DNA of 52,306 nucleotides from Chiloscyllium plagiosum. Its lineage: Eukaryota. How positions within the stretch are numbered: the stretch's first letter is position 1; every line of letters begins with the position of its first letter. The translations under genes were made by a program, and so were the position numbers. The stretch covers positions 15,882 to 68,187 of the forward strand of contig NW_025215170.1 in NCBI RefSeq assembly GCF_004010195.1, given 5' to 3'. Shown here in pieces: positions 1-12,110 of this stretch. The notes below the pieces were generated by a model. That model had not been told where the DNA came from. It ran no database searches and saw only the letters and a program-made list of their open reading frames with translations.

Positions 1-720
1 GAACCTCGGATGTCAAGAGATATTGAGTCTTTGACCAGCCAAAAGGAGGCGTGGCTCAGGTCCAGGCAGCTGGGATCGAGGGAGGACCTGGAGTTGTACA
101 GGGGATACAGTAGTTTACTGAAGAAGGAAATCAGGAGGGCGAAAAGGGGGCACAAGATAGCTTTGGCTGAGAAGATTAGGGTGAATGCAAAGAGGTTCTT
201 AAAGTATATTAAAGTAAAAAGAATAACTAAATGAGAATATGACCCCTCAAGGTCCAAAGTGGACATGCATGTCTAGGACTGTAGGAGATTTGCGAGATTC
301 TCAATGAATATGTCTCCTCTGCCTTTATCGTGGAGAAATACATGAAGACTTGGGAGGTGAACAAAGGTTGTGGTGTTATCTTGGGGTGAATCAATATCAC
401 AGGAGAAGACGTGCTGGATGCATTAGAATGTTTGAAGGTGGATAAATCTCCTGGTCCTCAACAGTTGCATCCAAGAACACTGCAAGAGGCTACAGAACAC
501 ACTACGGGGACCTTGGGTGATATTTTTGCATCATTATTAGCTACAGTTTAGGTTCCAGAATATTGGAGAGTAGCAAATGTTGTGGTATTCAGGAAGGGAA
601 GCAAAGAAGACTCTGGGATCTATAGACCAGGAAACCTAACATCTGTGGTTGGTAGGTTACTTGAGAAGACTCTGAGGGATGAGATATACATGCATTTGGA
701 AAGATAAGGTTTTTTAGAAA
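1..720 (+). mobile_element. CR1/HER1-type LINE ORF2 fragment (linker to RT start), decayed
   Basis: Translations LKKEIRRAKRGHKIALAEKIRVNAKRFLKYIK, VDKSPGPQQLHPRTL and YRPGNLTSVVGRLLEKTLRDEIY are typical CR1 ORF2 motifs; multiple stops. Confidence 0.9.
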
Positions 721-729
721 TAGTTTTTT

Positions 730-1055
730 GACAGATTCCCTACAGTATGGGAACAGGCCATTTGGCCCAACAAGAACACACCGACCATCCAAACAGTAAC
801 ACACCCAGTCCCATTCCCGTACCCTGTATTTACTCCTGACGAATGCACATAACACTATGGGTAACTTAACATGGCCAATTCACCTGACTATACATCTTTG
901 GATTGTGGAAGGAAAATGGAGCACCCAGAGGAAACACACGCATATACAGTGAGAATATCCAAACTCCACACAGAGAGTCACCTGAAGCTGGAACCAAACT
1001 CGGATCCATGGCACTATGAGGCAGCAGTACTAGCCACTGAACCGCCATGCTACCC
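730..1055 (-). mobile_element. HE1-type tRNA-derived SINE
   Basis: Minus strand has a tRNA-like head (GGCGGTTCAGTGGCTAGTACTGCTGCCTCA), a core TGTGTGGAGTTTG, AGGTGAATTGGCCATG, and a LINE-like tail GGCCTGTTCCCATACTGTAGGGAATCT. Confidence 0.85.
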
Positions 1056-1249
1056 TTGCTTTTTTCAACACATTTCAATGACACAGGGACAAAATCTATT
1101 CTGCCCTTCACCCATGATGCACGTTCCAATATCACATACCATGGATAATTTATTCTCCACTGAAAATGCGATCTTATTATTATTTATTAGTTTGTTATTA
1201 TTCATTTTAATGTTTAATAAAAATAGTTGTTTTTAGACTGGAAAGATTG

Positions 1250-2481
1250 AATGGCTTTGTGAGTGGGAGATCATGCCTCTCAAGTTTGTTTGAGTTCACT
1301 GATGAAATGACCAGTAATGTTGATGAGGATAGAGCGGTGGACATAGCCTGTAAGGTTTTCAGTAAGGCCTTTGGCAAGGTTACCAATGATAGGCTGGTCT
1401 GGAAGGTAAGAATCGCATGGAATCCAGAGGGATCTGGCGAATTGGACACACAATTGGCTTCATGGTAGTAAGCAGAGGGTAATAGTGGAAGGATGCTCTC
1501 GGACTGGAGGCCTGTGACACATGAAGTGCCTCAGGGGTCGCTGCTGGGCTCATTGCTGTTTGTTATCTGTATCAATGATATTCTTGCGAATGTGCAAGGC
1601 ATGATTAGGAGACTTGAAGATGACACTAAAATAGGAGATATCGTGGACAGTGAGGAAGTATATCAGAAATTGCAGCAGGACCTTGATCAAACTGGAGAAG
1701 TGGGCCGAGGAATATGTTGGCAACGCTAGATCAAGGTAAGAGTTTCATGGCGATTTCTATGTCTTTAAGGAGTGTTGTTGATTCGAGGGACCATGGAGTT
1801 TAGGTCCACCGTTCTCTGAAAATGGGGTCACAGTTAGACATGGTAGTGAAGAAGGCTTTTGCCACACTAGCATGCATCGATCAGGACATGGAGGAGAGCT
1901 GTTGGGAAGTTATGTTGCAGTTATACAGGATATTGGTAAGGCTGCACTTGTCGTTCAGTTTTAGTCAAATTGCGATCGGCAGGATGTTTTTAATTTGAAA
2001 TGTGTGCAGACGGAATTTACAAAAAGGTTGCCAGGACTCAACAGTATGAATTATAGGGAGAGGTTGGACAAGCGAGGACGTTTTTCTTTACAGAATAGAA
2101 GACTGAGAGGGATCTTATAGAAGTTTACCTGGAATAGGTGAATGGAAGCAGCCTTTTTTTTCCTAGAGGTGGGGAATCGAGGAGGAGAGGGCATCATTTT
2201 AAGGTGAGAGAGGAATGAATAAAAGGCAAACTGATGGAAACTGTTTTACACAGAGAGTGATAGACAAAAGGATAGAGCTGCCAACGGAAGTGGTTGAAGC
2301 ATTTGTATTAACGATATTTAAACGGCATTTGGGCAAGTACATGGACAGGAAAGGATGAGAAAGCTATGGGCCAAGTGCTGGGACATGAGGTTAATGTGGT
2401 TGGATATTTGGATCAGCATAGACGGGTTTGTGCCAAAGGGCCTCTCTGCCTCTCTCCATGCTGTAGGACTTGATGACTCTA
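1250..2481 (+). mobile_element. CR1/HER1-type LINE RT and 3' end (continuation of 1-720), decayed
   Basis: Motifs GFVSGRSCLSSLFEF, FSKAFGKV, VPQGSLLGSLLFVICINDI and LEDDTKIG (mutated FADD); CR1-like 3' terminus ending ..ctccatgctgtaggacttgatgactcta. Confidence 0.9.
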
Positions 2482-2608
2482 CAAATAAAATAGCATTTGG
2501 GTCAAGCTCTCATTTATTCTTTGGTCATGGGTTCGAATTATATTTGGACAATGTTCTGTCAAGTTGACTTTGCACATATTTTGCTTTTCAGTTTGTTATC
2601 GACAATAC

Positions 2609-2766
2609 GTGTGTGTGTGCGTGTGTGTGTGTGTGCCTGCGTGTGTTTCTGTGTCTGTGTGTGTCTGTGTGTGTTTGTGTGTTTCTGTGTCTATGTGTGT
2701 GTCTGTGTGTCTGTTTGTCTGTGTGTGTCTGTGTGTGTTTCTGTGTCTGTGTGTGTTTGTGTGTGT
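2609..2766. repeat. Degenerate (GT)n/(GTCT) microsatellite
   Basis: Directly visible; produces spurious Cys/Val ORFs. Confidence 0.95.
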
Positions 2767-3030
2767 TTCTCAGTATTTTTAAAGGAAAATATCAATGTAC
2801 ATATTTGCAATATCCTCTCGTCATTCCTCTTTCCATCATAGTTTGAGCAACTTTGTTTTGGTCATAAACGTGTTGTTTTAGCAGATTAAAGAAATCTGCC
2901 TGACTTGTTCCTAACACTGACCCTGAAAAACTCTGAGAACTATATCATTTGCCATATCACCAACATAGTTATAATTATTTTTTGTGGCCAGTGGAGGCGT
3001 GGGGCTAGAAAAGAGAGCAGTGAGCCAAAA

Positions 3031-4340
3031 CAACACAGGGAATTATCGACTCAATCAGCCAAAATTAGTGTCGAGGAATTCGTTGGAAGGGATTCTGAGG
3101 GATACGATTTACATCTATTTAGAAAGACAAGGACTGATTAGGGATAGTCAATATGGATTTGTGTGATGTAAATCATGTCTAATGAATGTGATTGTGTAAT
3201 ATGAAGAGGTGCCAAAGAAGATTCAAGAGGATACTGTGGAAAACATTGTTTACACAGACTTCAGCAAGGCATTTAAGACGGTACCTCATCGTAGACAGAT
3301 TACTAAAATTAGGTTATATGTAATCCTGGAAAAGCTAACCAATTGGATACAAAATTGGATTGAAGGTAATGGATTGTTTTCCAGAAAGAATACCTGTGGC
3401 TAGCGGTGTGCTGAAAGAATCAATGCTGAGCTCAATGCTTTTCATCACGGATATAAACAACGTTGATGTGATTATCGGAGGCATGGTTAGTAAGTTTACA
3501 GATAACATCACCAAAGTGGTGCAGTGGCCAGTGAAGACGATTATCTCAGAATATAACGGGATCTTTGACATCAATGAGCCAAGGACTGGCAGATGGAGAT
3601 TAATTTAAATATTTGTGATGCTTTGTATTTTGGTAAGTTAAAGCAGGGAATGAACAAAGAGGCCTACGGGTGAAGATTCATAGATCCTTGAAAGTGGAGT
3701 TTACGTCGGTAGAGTGGTGAGGAACATGATTGGCATGCTTGTCTTAGTCTGTCAGAGTATAGGAGTAGGGGTAACATGTTGCGCTTGTACAGGACGTAGG
3801 TGAGACCACTTTAAGAATATTGCGTACATATCAGTTGACTCTGCTAAAGGATGGATGTTGTTAAGCTTGAAAGGGTGCAGAAAAGTTTTACAAGGATTTT
3901 CTGGAACCTGAGAGTTTGAGCTACAGGGAGATGATGAACAGGTTGAGGCTTTTTCTCTGAACTGTCAGAGAGGCTGAATGGTGACATGACAGAGGTTTAA
4001 AAAAAGTCCTGAGGGGCATGGATAGTCTGAATGGGCAAGATCTTTTCCCAGTGTAGGGGCGTCCAGAACTAGACTGCACAGGGTGAAGGTGACAGGGCAA
4101 AGACTTAGAAGGAACCTGAGGGAAAATTTTTCATCCAGAGGTTGGTGGGTGTACTGTCAGAGGAAGTGGTGAAAGCGGGTACAATAACACGTTTAAAATG
4201 TATCGGGATAGGTACATAAATAGGAATGGTTCAGAGGGATGTGGGCCAAATGCTAACAAGTGGGACGAGATCTGATTCAGATGCCAGATTGGCATAGACA
4301 ATTTGGACAAACGAAGCTGTTTCCACGCTGTATGACTCAC
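3031..4340 (+). mobile_element. 5'-truncated CR1 LINE (RT + 3' end), decayed
   Basis: Motifs GNYR, LEGILRDTIY, DSQYGFV, DFSKAFKTVPHRR and SKFTD; CR1-like tail ..tgtttccacgctgtatgactc. Confidence 0.85.
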
Positions 4341-5136
4341 TTATTGTCACAACGGGATGAAGGAAAATTCTAAAAGGGCCATTCGAATGGTAATTCTTTT
4401 CCCCAGAAGTTTGTGGTGCTTCTCTGATTACAAATATTCACAGCTGAGTCAGTTAAAGATTTAACAGAGAAGTGTGTCACGGATAATGGGACACAGCCAG
4501 GAAAATGAGGCTGAGACCACAATCTGATCAGCGACAACCTTAATGCCTGGTGGCGAAGGCTCAAATTCTCTAATGACCCACTCCAGCTCCTCAGTCCCAT
4601 GTTTCTGTGTCCAATCCAACCCCTCTAACCTGCTAGACAGGAGCAGTTAGAGTCCACTTATTGTTATAGCATGGTGCACAGAAATAGAGGAAACAATTCG
4701 GTCCCTCGAGACTGTCCCACTCGGTTTGGGAGATTTGGAAAATGTAATTGGAAGACCCAGGCTGGATATAGAAGAGGTTGCTCATCTCTCTTCACAGAGC
4801 TTCCCCTCTCTGTATCTTGTGCTTCATTTGTTGATCATATTGTAGACTCAGATTCACTGTGAATACAGCCCCCAAATCTCACCCAGTGATGACTCACAAA
4901 ATCCACGGTTCTCCCGGATTGCAACATTCCATAAAAGACCTTCCAGGAAAATAAAACCAACTAACTTTCCAATAACTGAATGGGAGAACATCAGAAACAG
5001 GGACAGGTCATTGACATCCCAAGCCTGCCTTACCTTCACTAAGATCAAAGCTGACCTGCTCCAAGTCTCAAATCTTCCTTAATGTCCAAGTCTTCTTGAG
5101 CACTTCCATAGAGTACAGAACAAAGAATAGTACTGA

Positions 5137-5472
5137 TTTGGAGATGCCGTTGTTGGACTGGGGTGTATAAAGTTAAAACTCACACAACACCAGGTTATAG
5201 TCCAACAGGTTTAATTGGAAGCACACGAGCTTTCGGAGCGTCACTCCTTCATCAGGTGATAATGGAGGGCTCAATCCTAACACAGAATGTATAGCAGAAA
5301 TTTGCAGTGTGATGTAACTGAAATTATACATTGAAAAAATGATTATTCAGCCTTTCATCTGTTAGAATACCATGATAGTTTCACTGCTTTCATATGTAAA
5401 TCACAAAACTTTTTTTTTTAAAAGTTGCATTCTCAGGTTAGCTGTAAATAATGGTGGTTGCTAGACAATATC
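5137..5472 (-). mobile_element. Penelope-like element terminal repeat fragment
   Basis: Carries a hammerhead core on the minus strand followed by TTCCAATTAAACCTGTTGGACTATAACCTGGTGTTGTGTGAG; a related, more decayed copy lies at 28530-29075. Confidence 0.65.
5222..5259 (-). ncRNA. Minimal type I hammerhead ribozyme motif
   Basis: Minus strand reads tcac-CTGATGA-a-GGAG tgacg CTCC-GAAA-GC-TC-gtgtg. Intact CUGAnGA and GAAA boxes, helix II GGAG/CTCC, palindromic AGCT helix III, short helix I cac/gtg. Confidence 0.7.
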
Positions 5473-5479
5473 AGACTAA

Positions 5480-5830
5480 CCGACATGCTTCCATTCACTT
5501 TGTTCCATGTGCCTATCCAAGAGTCTCTTAAGTTTCCCTCAGGTATATGACTCTCCTACAACTGCTGGCAGTGCACTCGACTCACCCACCACTCTCTGTG
5601 TAAAGACTCTACCGTTGATATCTCCTCCAAACCTTCCTCCAATTGCCTTAAAATTATGCCACCTAGTCATAGACATTTCTGCCCTGGGAACATGCTTCTG
5701 GCTATTCACATGTCTCTATGCCTCTCATCATCGTGTACACCCCCAGTGAGAAAAGCCCTCGCTCCCTCATGGTTTCTTCATAAGACATGCCTTCCAGTCC
5801 AGGCAGCATCTTGTTAAATTTCCTCCTGGT
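5480..5830 (-). mobile_element. CR1 LINE 3' fragment
   Basis: Reverse complement gives LTRCCLDWKA-like and ..agagtctttacacagagagtggtgggtg.. CR1 C-terminal sequence. Confidence 0.75.
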
Positions 5831-6000
5831 AAATTGCACTTAATGAGAATTAGTTATTACCTCTACACTTTTTGGAGTCATTCACGGCACAAGGAAAGAT
5901 GATTATCATTGGTGGGCATCAATCATCGCAGCCGTGGGACACATCTGCAGGAGATCCTCAGCGTAGCTTCCTCAGCCCAGGCATCTCAAGTTTGTCTTCA

Positions 6001-6365
6001 TAGAATCCCTACAGTATGGAAGGAGGCGATTCAGCCCTTTGAGTCCAAACTGAGCAGATTAGATTCCCTACAGTGTGGAAACAGGCATTTCGGCCCATCC
6101 AGTCCACACTGACCCTCCGAAGAGTAACCCACCAGGGACATTTCCCTCTGATTAATGCACCTAACATAATGGACAATTTAGCATGGCCAATTCATCTGGC
6201 CTGAACATCTTCGGACTGTGGGAGGAAACCGGAGCACCCGGAGGAAACTCATGCAGACAAGTGGGGAATGTGCAAACTCCACACAGACAGTTGCCCAAGG
6301 CTGGAATCGAACCTGGAACCCTGGTGCTGTCAAGCAGCAGTGTAAGCTACTGAGCCACCGTGCGT
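6001..6365 (-). mobile_element. HE1-type SINE with an extra tail copy at 6001-6050
   Basis: Minus strand has A-box TGGCTCAGTAG, B-box GGTTCGATTCC, core TGTGTGGAGTTTGCACATTC and tail TGTTTCCACACTGTAGGGAATCTAATCT. Confidence 0.9.
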
Positions 6366-6534
6366 ATAGAAGAGGGGGCATTCACTGAAGTTTACAAAAT
6401 TTTCAGAACAAGTTGTCCCTCTTCAGCTCTTGGAACAGTCTGTGACCATGTACAGCAAGACCTGGACAACATTCAAGACCGTGCTGTTAAAGTCTGGGTA
6501 ACATTTATGTAACAGCACAGTACATTTCCACAGT

Positions 6535-6790
6535 AAAAGGAGGAGTTCATTCAGCACCTCAATCTGGTTTCACAAAAATGTTGGGAAGACATTCATCCCA
6601 TCAAAACTACTGGGCAAGAAGAAGGATAGCCCATTCAGTCCCTCCTGCCCATTGCACAGGAAGACAGGGAGTCTGCTCTCTCCCACATGTAACATACATG
6701 GGATCAGAAGGAACCATTTCACACCCGGAGTAATTTACAAAGGAACAGGAAGAGATTATTCAGCTTGTCAAGCCACAAACGCAAGAACAG
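6535..6790 (+). repeat. Degenerate ~42-bp tandem array (acaggaggaggccattcagccc.. family)
   Basis: Recurring gga..cattca(g/t)c.c motif at roughly 42-bp spacing; paralogous to 35062-35200. Confidence 0.55.
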
Positions 6791-8539
6791 GAAAGTGTCA
6801 GAGATGCTCCAACATCACAAACAAATGGAGCAGGGGCTGCACAGACAGACTGCTCCAAATTGATCCACATGGCTTAATTACTCATGGTACATATGTATTA
6901 CTTTAACATGGGGTTTCTGGCAGTCAGAATGAAGCCAACATTGTTTAGCCATTTTCCAAGTTATTTTCCATCTCCAAGAAGGCATACCCATGGTCTCCGT
7001 GGAGGTCAGAAGCCATTGGGGAATAACTAATTGTTTCAGAATGAAGGTATTTTGGCTGATGACAGGATTGTGTACAAAGTGACATTCAATGCAGTGTCAC
7101 ACAGTAACTGTGCATTAAAGTGTTCAGAGTTCATTCAGAGCCTGTACCTCTCTGTCAATCGACATGGGGGCTGTGCAGATGCATGTAAAGTGTCGTGAAT
7201 CAAACATCGAATGAAATGTTTGAAATTTTCACCCTATTCAGCTGTTTGGGACATAATGAGTTTCTGTCCAGACCCATCAAGCTTCAACTTCTTATTCTCT
7301 CACAGCGCTACAGATTAAACACATAGTTACTGCACTTTCTCCTCATGATAACATCATGCCGGTGTTTAGTCTGGTCAAACTACTTTGCACTCTCTCAGTG
7401 ACAAAGCGATCATTGTTTATAAAGCAGATCAAACCTTTACACAATGCACCAAATACTCTCTCAAAAAACACGATCAGTGGGAAAGATATTCTAACATTTG
7501 TACTTCAATCATTTTGCATGAAGAACCACATAGCATTTACTTCCTGCCCCCGTATGAATTCTGTCAGTGTCTTATGACCAAGCACATCTAGGTCCTTTTC
7601 AACAAAAGCACTCGCCAACCTCTCTACCATTTAATAAATATAAATGTACATGATGATATTTGTTGTTCACATCTGAATCATTTTTATACTTTGTGAACAG
7701 CTATTGCCCAAACACTGATCCTGCTGCCGCCCATCAATCTTTCAGTCCAGATAGAAACAATATTCTTCTCGTATCTCCATTCCCGTATGTTTAATCCATG
7801 TGGTATATATTCCACCCCTACCTACCCATGGACCCTAACATTCCCCATTCACCTGTATTCAAACATGTCAAGCGTCTTCTAAAAATGCAAATACTCCACT
7901 CCCATTGGTTCTCAACTGTCGATGTCACAATAGATAAACTCCACACACAGGTTTATAAAAGATCATTTCCCTTTCATGAATCTAGGCCGAATGTACCAAA
8001 TCATATCATTATTCTCCAAGTATCTAGTTGAGAAACGTTCCTTATAAAACGTTCCAATATTTTTTTTCTCACAGCTGACATCAAGCTATTTAGTTTTGTG
8101 TTTTCCCACTCCATCCTGTTTTAAATATTTAGGTTCACAATAGTTGTTTTCCAGTCTGAAGCATCCTTTCCAGAATCTAACTAGCTTTGAAGAATATTCA
8201 GTAATTCTTTCATTAGCTCTGTTCTCATCTCAATCACTCTGGGATGTAGCTCATCAGATGCGGCAACTTTTGAAACTTCAATTCAATTAGATGTTCAATG
8301 ACATACTCTTCATTAATTCTGATTTCCTGCAGTTTCCCATTTTTACCAATCACTCTGTTCCTTAATATATCTGCAAGTTAGTTTCTGTACCTTCGCCTGT
8401 GGAGATAGAACCAATGCATTCCTCTCAGCAGGCAGGTGGTTTCTGACCGCTTATGAATACATTGGAGGATTGCACTTCAGAGATGGTGGATATTTTACCC
8501 ACTGCGGCCTGCAAAGTTCCAGAATCAATCCAGTTTAAT

Positions 8540-9130
8540 TCATCGTGGGTGTCAGCACAGTCCTGTCCCTGGTGTGAGACGAGAGGTTATCCTGAAGGAG
8601 AAGATGCAGCTCAGTGACCACCTCAATTTTGAGACAAGCTGGTTTTACACTTTACACCTGAATGGGTGCAGCTTAGACAAATGTTCCTGGAAATCTCAGA
8701 GAGTATAGTACAGTGCCCTGCTCCTCCCAGTTTACACAGCTTCCCTTCTTTGTAGTTCAAGCTCCATTTGTTGACCATTGACCCAGACACACTGAAAATT
8801 CAATATTCACAGTGGGGTCCCCAGACCCTCGGGACTCCCTGAATGAACCCAGTAGCTGACATCACAATCCTGAGAACACCATCCACAGACCCTCCACTTA
8901 CTTTCTAGATGACAGCAGCAAGTCAATTCCCCACACCCATAGTGCATCCATTGAGTGTTGAAAATGCCTCGGTTTCCTCAGTTTCTCTTCCTGGCTGAGA
9001 AAGCTGTTACATCTCCACACAGTCGCACAGTAACAGTTCCTCTCTCCAAAGAAGCAGCTGACAATGGAACATTACGTTTCTCTATATCTCAGCGACTATA
9101 CGTATTGCTTATGGAGTTGATCACCACACT
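8540..9130. repeat. Locus-specific dispersed module (gctccatttgttg family)
   Basis: Aligns by eye with 44420-44990 (gcac.gtcct..ccctggtgtga, gctccatttgttg, ctccctgaatg, aa.accatcc). Confidence 0.7.
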
Positions 9131-10334
9131 CAGAGACGAGAGATAGAGGAACATAACACACGGTAAGCAAGGACATCCCGTAATAAATATGATATTCAGG
9201 AATATGTGAAAAGGGGAAATGTTAGAATAACTTCCCATTCTGTTTTCCTTTCAGTCCATCATCAGCAATCATTTTGCTTGCTTTTCCTTTCTCTTTCTCT
9301 CTCTCTTTCTCTCTCTCTTACTGGACATCATCCACTCAACACAAACCTCCCGCTCAGCCTTCCAAACATCCCTGATATAATAATATTATTTCTCAGTTGC
9401 ATTCAGTTTTGATAGGTTCACTGAACTCGAAACGCTATTTGTGTTTCTTGCGACAGACTGTCATACCTGCTGAGATTCTCCAACATTCTTTCAGACGGTG
9501 GAGAATTTTATTTCAGATCGCCAGCCTCCGTATTTCCTTGGTTACTTCACCTTTAACGTTGTTGTTTCGCGGGATGCCAGCATCACCGGCAAGGGCAGTA
9601 TTTGTTGTCCAATCTAACTGCCCTTGACCACGCGGCCATTTGTCAAGGCAATATGGAGGCAACCATATTGTTGTGGATCTGGGGTGACACTTAGTTCAGA
9701 CAGGGCAAACATGTTAGGTTTCTTTACCAAAGGTTATCAATAAAAAAGGAAAAGAAACCCTGATTGTTTATGGTTGCCATGAGTGAAATTAGGTTTCATT
9801 CCATTTTTTGTCATTGGAATTTAAATTTAGTCATCAGCAGTTGTAGGATTTCAGACAATGGTTTTTGAGTCATAACCCGTGCCTCTGAATTACACAGTCA
9901 GTGACATTAGTAAGAGTCCCTGTTGCGAAGTAAATGTCGAGACAAGAACAAGTTTGTGGTCAAACCATTTGTAACTGGTAGAGAGGTCAGAAGTGAACTG
10001 GAGCCATAAAAAACTGTCGTTAACGAAGGGGTGGATGATGGCGAAGTCAACAACAGGACTCAGGCAGAGCTGGAGATTGGGGATATTATGTAGGTGGGTG
10101 TCAGTAGGTTTGATGACAGAGAGAATATGGAGACATAAAACAGTTTACGGTAAAAAGGGACTCAAGGTTCCTAACAGTCTTATTCCTTCTCAGTTGTTTA
10201 TGAGTAAGTAGTTTGGAAATGCATGAGAAGGAAGTGGCGTTTGTGACTGAAAGTTTATGTGTTTGTTAAGTATAATCAACAAGAATAGCAATAACATGCT
10301 GCCTCATTTATAGAATTGACAGTGATAGACTCAC

Positions 10335-10551
10335 CAGGAACACCAATAATAGCGAGGATGGGATAGTACCCAGCTTGAATAATCATCAGTACGGCTCGTA
10401 TCCGCAACTGTAACCGTGGCCAATCCTGAGAAAGCCAATAAAGACCCGAGGATAAACTCCTGTTCATTGTTGGAATATTCCAGCCTAATTTTCTCAGATT
10501 CTGATCCATTGTTGGAATATTCCAGTCTATTGCTCTCAAATTCAAATCCAT
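10335..10551 (-). CDS. First coding exon of a GPR139/GPR142-like class A GPCR (N-terminus + start of TM1), copy A
   Basis: ATG in good Kozak context (ccaacaATGG). Open frame MDLNLRAIDWNIPTMDQNLRKLGWNIPTMNRSLS...IIQAGYYPILAIIGVP ends at CCTG|GTGAGT donor (217 nt, phase 1). The YYxxLxxxGxP motif followed by an intron matches the GPR139 family exon-1 boundary. Paralog at 31029-31203. Confidence 0.8.
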
Positions 10552-10585
10552 TGTTGGAACACTCTAATGTTCAAAGATTCTGATC
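10463..10585 (-). repeat. 42-nt (14-codon) coding tandem repeat in GPCR N-terminus
   Basis: Units end ..tggaat(a/g)ttccaacaATG; two full units plus a decayed upstream unit. Confidence 0.85.
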
Positions 10586-10599
10586 TCTCTCTCTTTCTC

Positions 10600-10780
10600 T
10601 GTAGCTGCTGATCCCAATCTTGGTGAGGTTGACTCTGCCCCAAATACTATGGCATAACAAGTTGAAAGAAGTCCCTAATTATGGAAGAGGGAAATCCTCC
10701 AGTGACCTAGTTAGGTCCAGGAAGACTGATATTAATCACAATCACTGAATAAACAGCTCCAGTTAACCCATTTCACGGCA
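10600..10780 (-). promoter_or_regulatory. Putative promoter/5'UTR of GPCR exon copy A
   Basis: Non-repeat block conserved with 31300-31480 (atactatgg.ataaca; ggaaa.cctc; agactga.atta.tcaca.tcac; cagttaacc). Confidence 0.55.
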
Positions 10781-11599
10781 ACTCTGATGTATCACAATAA
10801 TACTTGGTGTGGGTGAAATTTTGATATCGCTGATTATTGGTCTAATGGCACATCTCCAGTTCTAAACATAGAGGTGAGGGAAAGAGATAATTCTTTCTCT
10901 GCACAAGCTCGATGATTCTGCTGTGTTTTAGCAGTGTAGGAATTGCTGGGCTCCCGAGGCTGTCTGTGTCTAATCAGCAGGCCTGCTACATCTTTTCATT
11001 TTATTTATTTATGTTTAACTTTAACTTTTGTCTGTCCAGCATTTAACGGCAAAGGTGGGTTTAGGCATTTTTGCGAGACACCTACAGAGCCATAGATGAC
11101 GTAGATACAGTCCATTCCTTGTGTTCTGGCAGCCACAGTGGAGTGATGGTCAAACTCTCACAGAACCAGGATTCTTAGTGTTACCTTTCGCCAGTTATTG
11201 CTGAGGTCTCAGCAGCGTTGGAAGGCAGAAAATCTCTCCCGGGTGCTGCACACTCTCTCTGTGATTTTTCTCGGAACTGTCTTTTGATGCTCTTTCCTCC
11301 TGGATTGGAGAACTGCATGTGAGACAATCTGTTTCCTGCATTTGCTTTTTGACATTTGTGTGCTTATTGGATGACACCATATTGGAGCAGTTACTGTATC
11401 GCTGTTAAATAAACTATTATTCTGCTAAGTTTTCCAACAGAATTAAGTTATTGCAAGTTCCTCTTCCTTTTGTTGTCTTTTATCAACAGTGTTCAAATAA
11501 ATAGTGTTTTGCTTAATGTTGAATATTTTGACCAAGTAAATTCTATCTTAAACACATCACCTCACATTTACCAGCGGAATGGGCCGAGTTGGAGGAGCA

Positions 11600-12110
11600 A
11601 TAATCATGTCAGGAATTATATCGGATACTGAATCCACCTCTCAGATCCAGCCTGGCTACGCATTAGCCCAGATAAAATACCTGCTCAGCATGAAGCACTG
11701 CGTAGACAAGGCTAGTGTCCTGCTCAGCAATCCATCCAGGATCGAACACTGTTTAGAACTCACCAGTTCACTACTTATCTGTCCAACAGTGCACTGATCT
11801 ATAAACTTGGACTCGATAATCTTTTCAGCACAGGGCGCTGTGCAGAACACACAAATGCATTGTTCTATACACCCGGACTGGATATCTGTGCAGCATGGGG
11901 AGCTGTGCAGTGAATAGCAGTGAATTTATCCATTAATCTGGAGCACTTATTTCTCAGCATACACAGCTGTGTACACCAATCACTGCATTCCTGAGTAACA
12001 CTGTATCAGATCACTGCCCAGCGTGGGGAAACTTGCAGCTCATGCTGGAAGTGACAGGATGTGCAGCTCCCTCCATTTACAGCTCCATATCTACAGTGTG
12101 GCAGGACACA
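11600..12110 (+). repeat. Ancient diverged 65-bp tandem array and flank
   Basis: About three diverged units ending in agatcactgcccagcgtggggaaacttgcagc, identical to the flank of the 46631-47020 array. Confidence 0.65.

Noticed and set aside
2497..2846. Cys/Val-rich ORFs here and at 32679-33068, 49936-50256, 51188-51538
   Set aside because: Translation of GT microsatellites.
6290..6365. tRNA gene candidates (A and B boxes)
   Set aside because: They are the tRNA-derived heads of HE1-type SINEs, followed by SINE core and LINE-like tail.
6880..7600. Non-repeat segment as candidate GPCR exon 2
   Set aside because: No long minus-strand ORF and no TM or DRY/DRF motifs in any frame I could read.
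10800..11560. Possible LTR remnants here and at ~35210-35660
   Set aside because: Only compositional hints (AATAAA, T-rich ends); no paired LTR, TSD or internal genes, so not listed as features.
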